Assembly (NCBI GenBank): GCA_051294375.1
Contig: CM119269.1
Coordinates: 16,357,010-16,421,009 of the forward strand
From: Paraspadella gotoi
Lineage: Eukaryota; Animalia; Chaetognatha
DNA length: 64,000 bases
Reading direction: 5' to 3'
Of the stretch, positions 42,583-55,300 are shown piece by piece. The position numbers and the translations under genes were made by a program. The notes beneath the pieces were generated by a model. That model was not told the DNA's origin, made no database searches, and saw only the letters and a list, made by a program, of their open reading frames with translations. Within the stretch, counting starts at the first letter, position 1. Each line of letters opens with the position of its first letter.

Positions 42583-43573
42583 CGATGATTCACTCTCGTC
42601 GCGCGAGTCCACCCCGCGTTTCTGAATCACTGATGCGGTCGCGTCGCGCGGACGTTTGTCTCATATATTAATTAGCTCTTTTACCGTTGTAGGTTGTTTT
42701 TTTTTCCGGTGAGTTAACCGGATTTGTCATCGTTTATTAAGGTTTTTCCTTTAATTTTTTTCGATGCTATTGTTTTTCATTTTAAATTTAATTTTTTTTG
42801 TAATTGACTCTTGAATCATTTTGACCTGATCCGAACTTGAGCGTATTTTTTTCCGATGCCACGGTCTTTTTTGTGACAGAGAGAAAGTCAGTTAGAAAAT
42901 GTGATAGTTTAAAATGGTAGAAAATAATACTTTTAATTTTTAAAGTTTTCTTTTTTAGAGGTATACGTATCAGTCGTATGTACTACCATCAGTCGTACAC
43001 ACACCGCTGAATTAAATAGCAATTCTCATAAATTTAATTGTTTTGGCGTCGGTTATGCCTAACGCAAAGTATGTGGAAATAAGAACTTCAATATAATAGG
43101 GTTTTGGAGTCTGTTTTAGCCTACTAAAAATAATCATAAGATAGTACTTGCTACTCCAATCGTATACTAAAATTTGGACGAATTGAAACGAGTCGAACTG
43201 ACTACCCTCGTATAATCTTCGAAAAATTCACAGTCGGTGATCGTAATAAGTGACAAAAAAACCAAGTATCAATCGTGGACGAAACAGAGATCCAGCGATG
43301 ATGATATTCAATTTGTACTCGGACGATTTCAAGTTTCCCCCGCGGAAATGCCCTTCGATTCGTCCGAGGTCGGTAAATCCTCGATGTCGTCTGCAGAGTT
43401 CGTGGCGTTCGCTGATATGGATCAAGGAATACGTAGACATAAAATTTACTTGACGTAATGATTGCAAAGTCGATAAATCGTAGCGTGTCCCAATGGTACT
43501 GAACGTTTACAAATGAATACTGAGGAGCATATTACAAACATATCGAAACAAAATTCTTCAGAATGCAACAAAA

Positions 43574-44602
43574 CTAACCAGTATCCCCTGCCGCGTTCGT
43601 TCCATCACCAGACTGCGCCATCGTCTCTTCGGCCGAGTTCTCGATCCCCGATGTCTCCGATCCGAGGGAGGATTCGACAGGGTCGGCTGAATCCAGATCG
43701 GGCTGAGGAGAGGCGGGCTTCTTGCGCTGATTCCTCGTCGGCGGTTTTCGAGGAGCCATGATGCGGGCTCTGAGCGATGGCCAAGGAAACGAGGCTTTAA
43801 TTTAATTGCCACACTCTTTTTCGAAACTTTCGAGCCGATCAAATTAGGTTATAGAAATAAGATTACATTTACTTAAAATTAGGTCTTTTAAGTTTTTTCA
43901 AAGATTTTGTGCTGCTAAGATCCGAGATTTCGACCAAGGTCAAACTGTATTACCTAGATTTGGCAGCGTCGTTAGAAAGCAGTGATTTGACGTGGGTGGC
44001 TGGGGGAGGGGAGTTGAGATCTAAGGGGGCGGACGAGTAAGAGTTGACCGGGGACTGGGGTGGTGTGGCCTCCGAACGTCGCGGGGATGTCGGAGGAGTG
44101 AATCCAGGCGGTCGTAATGACATGGGGTTAAAGTTCAATCCGGCCTGAAGCGATGGTTAAGTATTGTTTCATTTTCAAATTATTAAATTCAATTCGTGCA
44201 GTACTTTTTTAGGCCGACCTGCATCATCGAAATTCGATTGCCCTTTTGTTGAGAGTTCTTCGCCGGTTTTGTTTCTTTCTCCGCTCTGTCCTCGAAGACT
44301 TCGCCAATTTTATCGTCCCCTCCCGACCGCTGAGCTTTGCCAACTTCCGAGCTCTCGCTTTCCGTTTTCGATTTGTCTTTCGAACCGCCGTTGATGACGA
44401 CGTTGTTGTTTCTTTCGTTGTCTTCGCTTCCGCTTTGTTGACGCCGTTTCGCCAGGAGCGCCTCCAGACCGGGCGGCGGACCGCCACCGATGCCAGGAGG
44501 CTTCATTGTCGCAAGCGACGCCTTCAGAGCTTCCGTCGATTTTCTTTCCGAAGGCTTCGCCAGAGGCGCGGCGATCGGACCGTCCGGGTCGACGTCGCTC
44601 AT
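43574..44602 (-). CDS. Small disordered CapZIP (RCSD1)/FAM21-like capping-protein-interaction protein, ~256 aa; exons 44602-44219, 44144-43954, 43769-43574
   Basis: The spliced product reads NRISMMQAGLNFNPMSLRP...LDLNSPP...LSNDAAKSRARIMAPRKPPTR, matching the recalled CAP-ZIP_m/CPI pattern (RIxKxQAxLxxxPxxL...FDxP...L..xKxRxR..xRRPPxR). There is an in-frame stop upstream of the ATG at 44602. Confidence 0.7.
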
Positions 44603-45939
44603 CGACCGTTCTTTTGTTTTTTGTTTTTAACCTGAGGCGTCGAGCAGACGGCGAAATCGCTGGGTAGAAGAATAAAAAAAATTATTTATTTTTCAGTTTA
44701 AGGAAAAAAGAATTGGAAATAGGGAAGATTTAAGCAACTTCAGTTAATATTATGCGATCGATCTTTTGGAATTTGAAAAATAAATCGATCCTTGAAGAAT
44801 AAACACCGATCAAGACTCGGCTTCTGTTTAGTCTTGACTTTTTTTCAATTTTTTTTTAACGTTGAGTTTTAAATTTAACAGGTTAAGACGAAAAATATTG
44901 TTATTCGTTAAAAATTAAGAAAGGAAGGTTGAAAATCAGAAAAATGAATATCCGGTCGACAGTTTAGTTATGAAACAAAATCAGTTGCGGACAGACAACG
45001 CGGCCCTTTGTTAATCAAATTTACGTGCTTCTCTGCCGCCTCTTGTTTGTTTTGTGCTAAAAAAACGACCAATGCATTTTTTATATTATATTACATTAGC
45101 GTATTATTCCAGAGTTGAAACGTACGTTGCCCAAAAATCCTTTTAGAAATACCCTGAAGACGAAAAATAATAAAAAATAAATTTGGTTGAAAAGCTTAAT
45201 TAATTTTTCTGATACTTGAAATTATGTGTAGTTTGAGGACAAAAAATGAAACGGTAATAATCTGTTAATAGAGTTAATAACGAGTAAAAGAATGCGTCGA
45301 TAATGAGGTCGAAAAAATTTTTTTTTCTTTTTACAAACTTGAGCGAGAGCAACAGGAAGAAACGGAGGTTAATCGTTTGTGGGAGCGAAAATGTCTTCCA
45401 GATTTCCGTAAGCCTCTTCCTTGCGCGGTGAATCAAAAAAAATATATACAAAGCTTAATATAAAAAACCGTGAAAGTTGATCCGATTTTTTATCCGAATA
45501 CACACCAGTCAGCGAAGGTCTCTCTCCCTCTCTCTTCTCTCTTCTCTCTCTCTCTCCTCTCTTTTTTTTTTTTTTCTCTCTCTCTCGATCGTGCGCTTGT
45601 ATTATTTTTTTCAAATTTTCAAACGGGAGTCGTTTTTTTCAAAAAAAAAAAAGAAAAAAAAGAAAAAAAGAACGTGTTCGAGCTGAAAACTTTCGCTTTG
45701 TTCGCTTTTTTTATTTTCATTAGGGGCCCAGCAGATTATTCGTGTACGAAGAGAGAGAAAGAAAGAAAGAGAGAAAAAGAAAGAGAGAGAGTGACCAACC
45801 GAGACCGAACGCCTCAATATTATTCCACGAATCCTGTTTGGCAGAATCGACTTGTTTAGCAGAAAAACTGGTTTGGCTTTAAAACTTATCCGGTCACGTT
45901 ACCACCCACTCCCCTTTCTGTGTAGAAAAAGATTGTTGT

Positions 45940-46013
<74 letters not shown>

Positions 46014-46638
46014 GACGGAAGGTTGTGACACTTAAAGAGCCAGTTTATGCAGTTTATGTTAAAAAAGCTTCAAGTGCATTGTACAATGTACAATTTACAT
46101 AGTCCAATCCATTAAACCGAATCCAACTATTTGAAGCCGCTTTTCGTTTCCAGCTTTATGATACCATTATAATCTTCAGTTCTTTTAAATGGTCCAGCTT
46201 CCCGCGCGCGAAGGAAATTATTCATCATCCCGAGAACTTGAGTTAAACCGAACAAAGTTCCGCCAGTCGCCGCTGCCAACTTGAGGCGTGATTGAAAATC
46301 TTTCTTGCCATCGCGAACAGCAATCGGCTGGGGAAACCAAACCAAATTTCGTAATAGATACTATATTAGATTTTACAACCTTAACAAATGGCTTCGACGA
46401 AAAAATCTCGTGCAAATGTTTCTTTGTTTGTGATGTAACTTTTAACCGATGATCTTCGCAAATTGACCAATCCTAAAATGAGACACGAATGTCGTACAAG
46501 GTGGGAGGAAAAAAATTAAATATTCGGTTTCTTTCTTTAAAAAAAGTAAACAAAATCAGATATACTGAGATAGGGAACCAAGGTCCAGGGGTCTGGCTTT
46601 CGTCATACGGGGTCTGTAATCTATGTGTGAAAATTTTC

Positions 46639-46690
<52 letters not shown>

Positions 46691-47648
46691 ATCTTTTAAG
46701 ACCTGAGTCAAAGTCGAATTACAAGATAATACATTAGAAAAAATAGGAATGAATCATGTTAAAGTAAAACAAGCTTATGGAATAAGTTCTTTGACATGCT
46801 CTCAAGGCAGTCACATCGATCAATTCAAACAGTTCATTCTATTTAATCAATTCAATCAAATCAATCAATGAATTCAATCAAATCAATTCAAATAAATCCT
46901 TTCAGACCCACCTTCATGCACTGAGTTGTCGCTAGCGCGAAAAACGCATTAAAAATGAACTTCCTTGTTTCTTAAGCTTCCGTCTCCAATACAGGGGGGC
47001 GCGGACGCACGTGGGTCGAAAGATCGACAGAATCACCGGACCTCCGAGACGGTTTCGAATGAAGCACGTGCGTCCGAGCAACTCGGGCCGATTTTGACCC
47101 GACGTCGACGTCGGCTGGGATTGTTGGATCGATCTATCGACGGCGAAGTCTCCCGGATGCTCGATATCTTTGGATCCGATCGCCCGTCGAATCTCGCCAC
47201 TTCGATCATTCATCATCGATCGTGCGACCATTTGACCTTCCCCACGACCTTCACCGAACCGAACCCAAAAGGAGCGAGAAGTTCGTCAGTTTTGATCAAT
47301 TTAAAGACATTGGGGTGATTCATTTCTGGTCGGTCAATCTAGTCGAATCCGGCCGGTGGAGACTTGCCCGGCGAGAGGGCCGGGCGGAACGGGCTTGCTG
47401 ACGGACGAGGAGAGTATTTGACCGGTCAATTATTTATTTATTTATTTATTTATTTTTTATTTATTTTTATTTATTTTTTTTTATTTTTTTTAAATTTTTT
47501 TAAATTTTTTATTATGAAAATTTGCAAATTACTTGTTTCACTATTTTCTATTTTTCTATTTTAATATTTTAATATTTTTTTTAACAAAGTTTGAAATGCT
47601 ACAAGGGCTATTTTTTTTTAAATGTTTTTTAAATTTTTTTTATTATTT

Positions 47649-47692
<44 letters not shown>

Positions 47693-48930
47693 TTTTTTTT
47701 ATTTATTTATTTATTTATTTATTATTTATTTATAGAACGTAACTGGGAACTAATACAAGGTGCATAATCTGATTCGTGGAAAAACTGAATTTCTAAACTG
47801 TTTTACACTAAATGTGTCATTCCATTGGACGACGTCAAACCCCGTATCTTCAGTGCAACATTTTTCGTCTCTCCCTCTTTTCTCCTCACTACTTCTTTAC
47901 TCAACTTTATGTTTATTTTCCAATTGTTTTTTTTTTTTTATAAAATCTTTACATATTTCCCAGTCATTTCCACTCGCTCCCTGCCTGCCTGCCGCCCGTC
48001 CCTCACTCCCTTCTTGCTTAACCCCGATTTTCCCCGAACCTCGATTGTACCAAATCCATAAAACGCGAGGATCAAAAAAGGAAAAGAAGGAGAAACGACT
48101 TAAAATTCCCACCACGATTATTTCAAAGTGCCATCAGCGAGTAGTACTTCTAAAAATCTCTAGAAAAAAAAAAACCCTTCGTCATCGGAAAGTTCATCGG
48201 GTTTTTTTTTTAATGTCCTTGATCCATCGTCGTCGTCGTCGTCGTAATCAATGTCGTCGTCATCGTGGTCATGACAGGTTGACGTCCATTCTCTCGGACA
48301 AGATGTAGAAAACGGATGGGTCGTCGCCCCCTCAGGGTCAAAGGTCAAGAAGAAGACGATGAGGTCATGACTCATGGTCATTGCGAAGGATTATCAAAGT
48401 TGGTCGCGTTGGTGGAGACGCATCGGGAGACGGACAGACGGACGGACATGTAGATACACAAACACGTAGCCGGTCGTAGCCTGGGAAACACCCAGAAAAT
48501 CAGAATATCTAGCCAATAGGTTTTTTTTTTCTTTTTTTTTTTTTACGAGTATTTAAACCTCCAGTTGATGGCTGACAAACGGGGGTAAAATAAATAGAAA
48601 ATTCCTTTTCTTTTTTTTCATGTAAAGTTTGGTATCGACGTTGAAAACAATCGAGATAACGAATCGTTCTCGAGATGATTTTGAAATCCGACCTCTCTTG
48701 TAAATCACACGAGGAAACAATTATCCTCTATTCTTTTCGTTCTAAAAAAAAAAAATTAAAAACAGTCGCTCGGTTTTTCTCCTTTTTTTTTTCAGTTTAT
48801 TATTCTTAAATCTTTTAACTCCGTACGCGACTAAACGAATTTAACAGCCGCATTTTTCTGACCCCCTTTTGTCTCATTTACTGTATTCAGTTTTTGGAAA
48901 ATCCTGTTATAACTCGTTATATTCTTTTCG

Positions 48931-48986
<56 letters not shown>

Positions 48987-49619
48987 CTCTCTCTCTCTCT
49001 CCTCTCTCTCTCTTCTCTCTCTCTCTCTCTCCATGAGACAAGAGTCATGCGAAATACGACTAAGTTTTTTTTTTTTTCGAAAGCGAATATTAAAGACGTG
49101 TCAAGTTTTTTTCCCCCCCCGTTCATCGGCCCCGGGGCGACTTCGCTCTCTCCCGCGTCTGAATTTAACCTAAAAACGAATCAAAGAAGAAAAAGAAAAA
49201 AAGCCGCGCGACTCATTAAAAGTTGTCGATGTCCTTTCGATGGCCAATGTACATCAAGAGTTTAATATCGATCGAGTTAATTGACGATCGAATTCGCTCG
49301 TATGTCTCGTCGCGTCGACGCCGAAGCCGTCGCCTACTTTAGTGGACGAGCTTTTATAATTAGCTTTACTTGAAATTATATATCGTCATTTATCATTATA
49401 TCATTTATAATTTATTGTCGTCGTTTAATAAATCATCATTTATCATTGCTTTTAATATACGTAAATCTATTTCATTCCGAAAGAAGGCCTATTTTTTTGG
49501 GCGTGTGGAATTTTAAAAAGGTTAACGAGTCTGCATCTAATTTGAATATTGATGTAAACATTAAAAGGTTTGAAGAGACAGTGATAATTGTTATGTGTTA
49601 GTAACAGAAACGTTCAATA

Positions 49620-49792
49620 TAAGCAGTCCCTGAGCTTCGGATCACCGTGTTGTTACAGGCGGGTTAAGCACCCCGTCCCTCTTAATTGCAAAGGGACCAC
49701 CGGGCTAGAACCTTTGGGACCTTTGAGTGGGAGAATGACTTGCCTCCGGCACCAAAGGCCGCTGATGAACGGTGGATTTTAGTCCACCATAG
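49620..49792 (-). mobile_element. tRNA-derived SINE-like element, copy 1
   Basis: The minus strand has an A-box-like TGGTGCCGGAGG and a B-box-like GGTTCTAGCCC. The body GGGACGGGG..TAACCC..CTGTA..GATCCGAAG..GGGAC is shared with 51855-52012. Confidence 0.65.
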
Positions 49793-50586
49793 GTTATCTT
49801 CCTCGTTTTGAGACAAACTCTTTTCGCTACACCCCTCGCCTTGATAAACCTAAACACGTTTTTCATTCAATTCGCTCATAATTTTTTTTTTATCTCTTTC
49901 GCGCGGTTTTCATTCAAAATCGTCCAAACCTGAAGATTTACCGCCGACGAGCGCGGACTGATAAAAAGCTTTCGCGATACAATATCCTCTCCCGATCGAC
50001 TTTTTAAAAACGCCCGAAGGTTAATCAAAATTAAACTAAACGCCGTTTCGTCTCTCCGCGCTTGATTCAAAGGTATAAATCATTGTCCACGGCGCGCGAC
50101 GAAGACTGCAGCGTTTTACTGCTCTTGTTTCTTTTTTGTTGGATCAACCGTTAAACGTTGGAGATGAAAAAAAATGACATTTAAGACGCGATGTACAGTC
50201 TCGNNNNNNNNNNAAATGTTTTTGCTTTTTCTCGTTGTAAACATTCCCGATGAGGCAGTAATAAAAAATGTACCCCCAAAAATGCGTCTTTTATTTTTAA
50301 TAGGAAATCGATGGCGGCGGTAATCAATCTTACTTTTACGATGACACTGGCACAGTGGCCCACGTCGTCTCAATTCATCGCATCGTTTTATCCAATGATT
50401 CGAGCAATGAAAAAGCTCTCACTCGACTTGCTGCAGAACATGGCGCAACATTAAGCGTAACAAGCAACATTCGACGTGTCCAATTGACCATCCCTCCCAA
50501 CTTCTCCCCACGCGCGCGCCTTTTCCTCTGAGACGCAAAATGACCTACCCCGTTTCCGCGCGCCAATTTGGTATCGATGGCTCGCG

Positions 50587-52276
50587 ATGACGCCGGCCTG
50601 CAACACCTCGTCGACTCCATGGACGCAGCACTCGGCGGCTCTCGTCCTCTTTTCCTCCATGGTCGTCGTCGGCGTCGTACTCAACGTGGTCGTCGTCATC
50701 GTCATTGGAGTCTTCGTCTGGCAGCGTCTGCCACGCGGCTCTGTCGCTGCGCTCTGCGTCGCCTCGCAAAGGTTGGAGACGCTTTCGCAATGTTTGTCTT
50801 TTTGTTCTTGTTTTTTCAAGATAACTGTTTCAGTTGTAAAACTGGAACACAAATTCATACGGAACTATAAAACATATTTAAAAATATTAGCAAGTCAGCT
50901 ACCAGCTCCTTGTTTCTCCTTCACAAAAACAATACACAATATCTAAAAACAATACGAAAATTATAATTACTCAAAGCCGCGCTGACCCGCTCCACTTCTT
51001 CACACTCCAGGGATTCTGTGAACTCAATTAATAAAAATAATAAATTCGAGTGTTTTAATTGATGACTAGTCGCTCAGCTGTCATCCTCCGTTTGGGTCGC
51101 GCGCCTTTTAAACTCTCAGCTGTGAGCCAATTAGCTATCGATTAACCATCATTCAGAAAAACGGGTATCATTTGAATATCGTTTGAATATCATTTGAATT
51201 GTTCGAGCTTTTTTCTTTTATCTTTTGAAAAATTAGGTCATATTACGTTAACGTCAAGTTCAGCGTAAGGAGTTCATTATTTTTGATAAATCATTTAAGA
51301 AGGCCTGCGACTACCTTAAAAGTATCAGCCAGGTATTTCAAATCGCTTGCCTTTTAAAATTGGATAATATTGGCAACGAAATTATCTATATCCATTGAAA
51401 CTGTAATTTTTAAAAAAAATTACATTCTCATTATTCAAGTTTTTGGGCTCAAATTTTTGCGGAAAAAATGAACCTGTTGGTCATTCTGCTATCGATATCA
51501 CGAAAACTCAAAATGGTTCCAACCAGAGATGAGACAGAGTTGGGTCCTCTTTTTCAGGTTGTGAATCATGGCCGTCTTTTTAGTGGAAGAATAGCCGTCA
51601 CATTTTTGAATATCTAATTGAAGATTTCAGCTATACCAGTTTCCAGTTTCTTCTCTGAAGAAACAATACCAAAAATTATAAATACTATAAATACTATAAA
51701 TACTCTAAATCAGAAGATCGCCATTACCCGCTGATGTTGCTCTGGACTGTGGAGGGATGTCTTTTCCATTTTCATTGATTATTTATTTGAAAATAATAAA
51801 CACACTAATGGAGATCTTGTGGAAGACGATGCCGGGAGCAGTTTACCGTCCGTTGCATACAAGGTCCCGAACTTCGGATCGGGCTGTAGTCCGACACTAC
51901 AGATGGGTTAGACGCCCCGTCCCGCTTTTACTTGTGTGAATCAGCAGGCCGCGAACCTGAGTCCTTTGGGTTGGGAGGAGCTCGTGCTACGTCCGGCGCC
52001 ATAGGTGCTGCAGATTCTCGAACGAGTAGCAGGGTATGAAATACTACCGCTACAATCTTTGTTTATTATCCTTCTGAAGATTCAGCAAAGTCATGTTCAA
52101 AGCATTTGAACAGTTCTTGCTATTAACAGGACGGGGATTTAAAAAATGCATCAAATGCTGTAGTTTCTACTGTACTGCAAACTATCCCCTTACTAGAATA
52201 GATAACCTGAACTAACCCTCAAAGTACGTCCATCTATGAGTCATCATTTTCTAGTAAAGTCACTAATGAAAGAGAA

Positions 52277-52358
<82 letters not shown>

Positions 52359-55300
52359 CCTTCTCCAGTTTTTCCCGCTTTTCCCTTCCCCATCCAGCAT
52401 CGCCGATTGCCTTCTGTGCATCGTCTCTCTCCCAATTGCCATCGCTCATCAGTCAGATTTTGGGGCGCGTCAGATCTGTCCGACGCCGGCCTCGACTGCG
52501 GCGCCGGGCAAAGCGGCGTTCCGGAAATTGACGCCGGAGGTTGTCGATTCTTCGTTTTCGTCACCTTGTTTTTCATATCGGGTGAGAGGCGAAGAAAGAA
52601 AAGCATAATTTATACACTCAGTAATTAATTGTCACTGGATTTATTAATTACTTAATTAATTGATTAATTGATTAATTTATTGATCGACTTTATCGATTGA
52701 TATGATTGATATAATTATTTACGAATGCAATGTTTTGATCATGAAAAGGTTCCATTCTCTCTGGCGTCTCCTTGACGTTGACTCGACTTCGCGCCACCCT
52801 CTCTCCCCTCCGCTACGCCACGAGGAGTCAAACCCACTTCGCCGTCGCCGTTCTCGGTTGCACCTGGTTGCTAGGTAACCTAACCGTAAACATAAACAAA
52901 ACCTTCATTGAAAAACAGAAACAAATAAAAAGAAGTTGAAAAAATTGCAAACATAAACGGAAAAACATTTCTAGCATAAACAAAGACAGCCGAATCTTTA
53001 TTTCCTAAAAAAAAGTACATTAAATTGTCGGAAAAAAACAAAAACTTCAATCATAGAAATTTATGTAATTAATGTAAATAATGTGCTTCCTCTCCCAGCA
53101 ACGACGATGGCGACGATAGCAACGGTCACGTTTCGATGCGATCTCGCTGACTCGATAGTCGACGGGCCTCTTCATGCCGCTGCCAACGCCACCGACGACG
53201 GTAGAGATCTAATTTCTTCCACAGTAGCGTCATCCAGCCACGCCTCCGTTGAATCCTCCTCGCCCGACGCAGCCACGCCCCTAGCGAACAGAGTCGTCAT
53301 CTTCGTCGTCGTCGTCCTCGCCTTTTTTCTTCCTCTCGTGGCGACCGTCATTTGCGACGTCGCGCTTCTTCTGTCCCTGGCGGCCGGTGAGCGATACGAA
53401 AAAAGAAACAAAAGAACGGAAGGAATTGTGAAAGTGAAGTAAAAATGGTAGAAAGACACCGCTTTGAAAACGGGTTGAATACTAGGTATATAATATTTTG
53501 TAAAATGATAATATAATGTTTATTAAAAAAATATATTTCTTCTAAAAAAATAGTTTGCATTGATAGTGAAAGCAAATCAACTAATTAAGTAAGGTTACAA
53601 CCTAACTCGCGTTTTTAATTTATTTCTCGTCCTCGAAAGCCAAAAACCGCGGGAGTTTCCGCGCCAGTCATCGATCATTCCCGGCGTCAAAAGTCGCGGC
53701 CGGCGTCGCCGCGGCGAGGCGCATCGCTCGAAATGCCGCCGAAGACAAAAACAGCAGCGGCGGCGACAGCGTCGTCGAGAACGGCGACGTCGACGACGCC
53801 GTCCTTGTACGAAATGGCGCCGCTCAATCTCGCGACGCCTCCACATCGACGTCGCGGCGTTTCGACGGTTGGCGGCGTTGGATCGTTTGCGGCGCTGGGA
53901 GAGGCGCGGAACACGGCGCCGGCACCGGCGCGAAGTTAGCGCCGCGCCGGATATTCTCGATGCCGAAGGCGAAGGTCGACGATGCCAACGGCGATGTCGT
54001 CGCGTTTCGCCTTTCGCCCGTCAAGACCAAAGACGAAAAGGACGACGACGACAACGACGAAGAGCGTCAAACGACGAACACCGACGTCAGCGACGGAACG
54101 ACGACGACGTTATCGACGACGACGACGTCATCGACGACGACAACGACAACAACGACAACTCGACTTAAATTAAAATTCGACGCCTACAACAGAAAATACG
54201 GTTTGGAGCAGAAGACGAATTCGCTCGTGGAATACAAGAAGCTGAAGAAGTGGACGCTGGAGGAGGGTGAGTGATGTTGTTGTCGATGCTGGGGTTGTTA
54301 ACTGATGATGGTGACGTGATCATGTTGATGAATTTGATGCTGATGATAACGATGATGAAGATGATGATGATGATATCGGCGATGATGATGACGTTGAAGA
54401 CGATATTGATAAAAAGTGACAACAATAACAACCAGGCCCTAATATTTTCATCTGCCACCCCAGCCACCCCCGACGACTCCACCACCCACCCACCCTTTCC
54501 CCTTCGCTCTCTCTCCCACGACTCTCGCCTCCTCAACGATCACGCCCTCTCGAGGGTCCGCACTTCCGCGAGTCAACATTCCCTTCGTCCGCGCGAATCG
54601 GGTCCGCCTCTTTTCGCCAGTCAACATTCTCTCAGCGGAGGCGCGATTTCTTTCGAGGAACGGTCGGGCAGTCGACGGTCTCTCAGCCCGAACGAGATCG
54701 CGCAGCGATCTTCTTTGCCACGCTCTGGTCAATCTTCGTTCGACCTACACTCCGAGGAGCATCGCTCGATTAAACAACGCTCCGCCATTCGAGACGCAAA
54801 CGATCAAAGTTCGTCTAGACAACACTCAGCCACTCAACCGTCTATCAATCAACACTCAGCCAACCAACACTCGGCCACTCAACCCTCTATCAATCGACAC
54901 TCAACCAATCAACCATCAACCACTCAACACTCAATCAATCAACATTCAACCAATCAACACTCAACCAATCAACCGTCAACCACTAAAAACTCATCGGACG
55001 AAACTTTCTCCGCTCCAAACTCATTCGATCAAAATGATTCCAAAACCCACATCGACTTTCAAAATTCCCACGAAGCCGATTCCCTCGCGGTTTCTCCACG
55101 ACGACTCCAACCATCCCGAGACCAACAAAGACAACGAAAACGAATGTATCAACAACAACGTTCAATGGAACTACATCCGGGTTTGTCGTCGGCGGATCCG
55201 GGTCGAGGTCCCCGGATGATGACGGATTCCGTTTGCGGCGGCGGATTCGTCAACCACGCCTTCGCCTCCTCATCCTTCGCTCTCGCCAACGACGACGACG

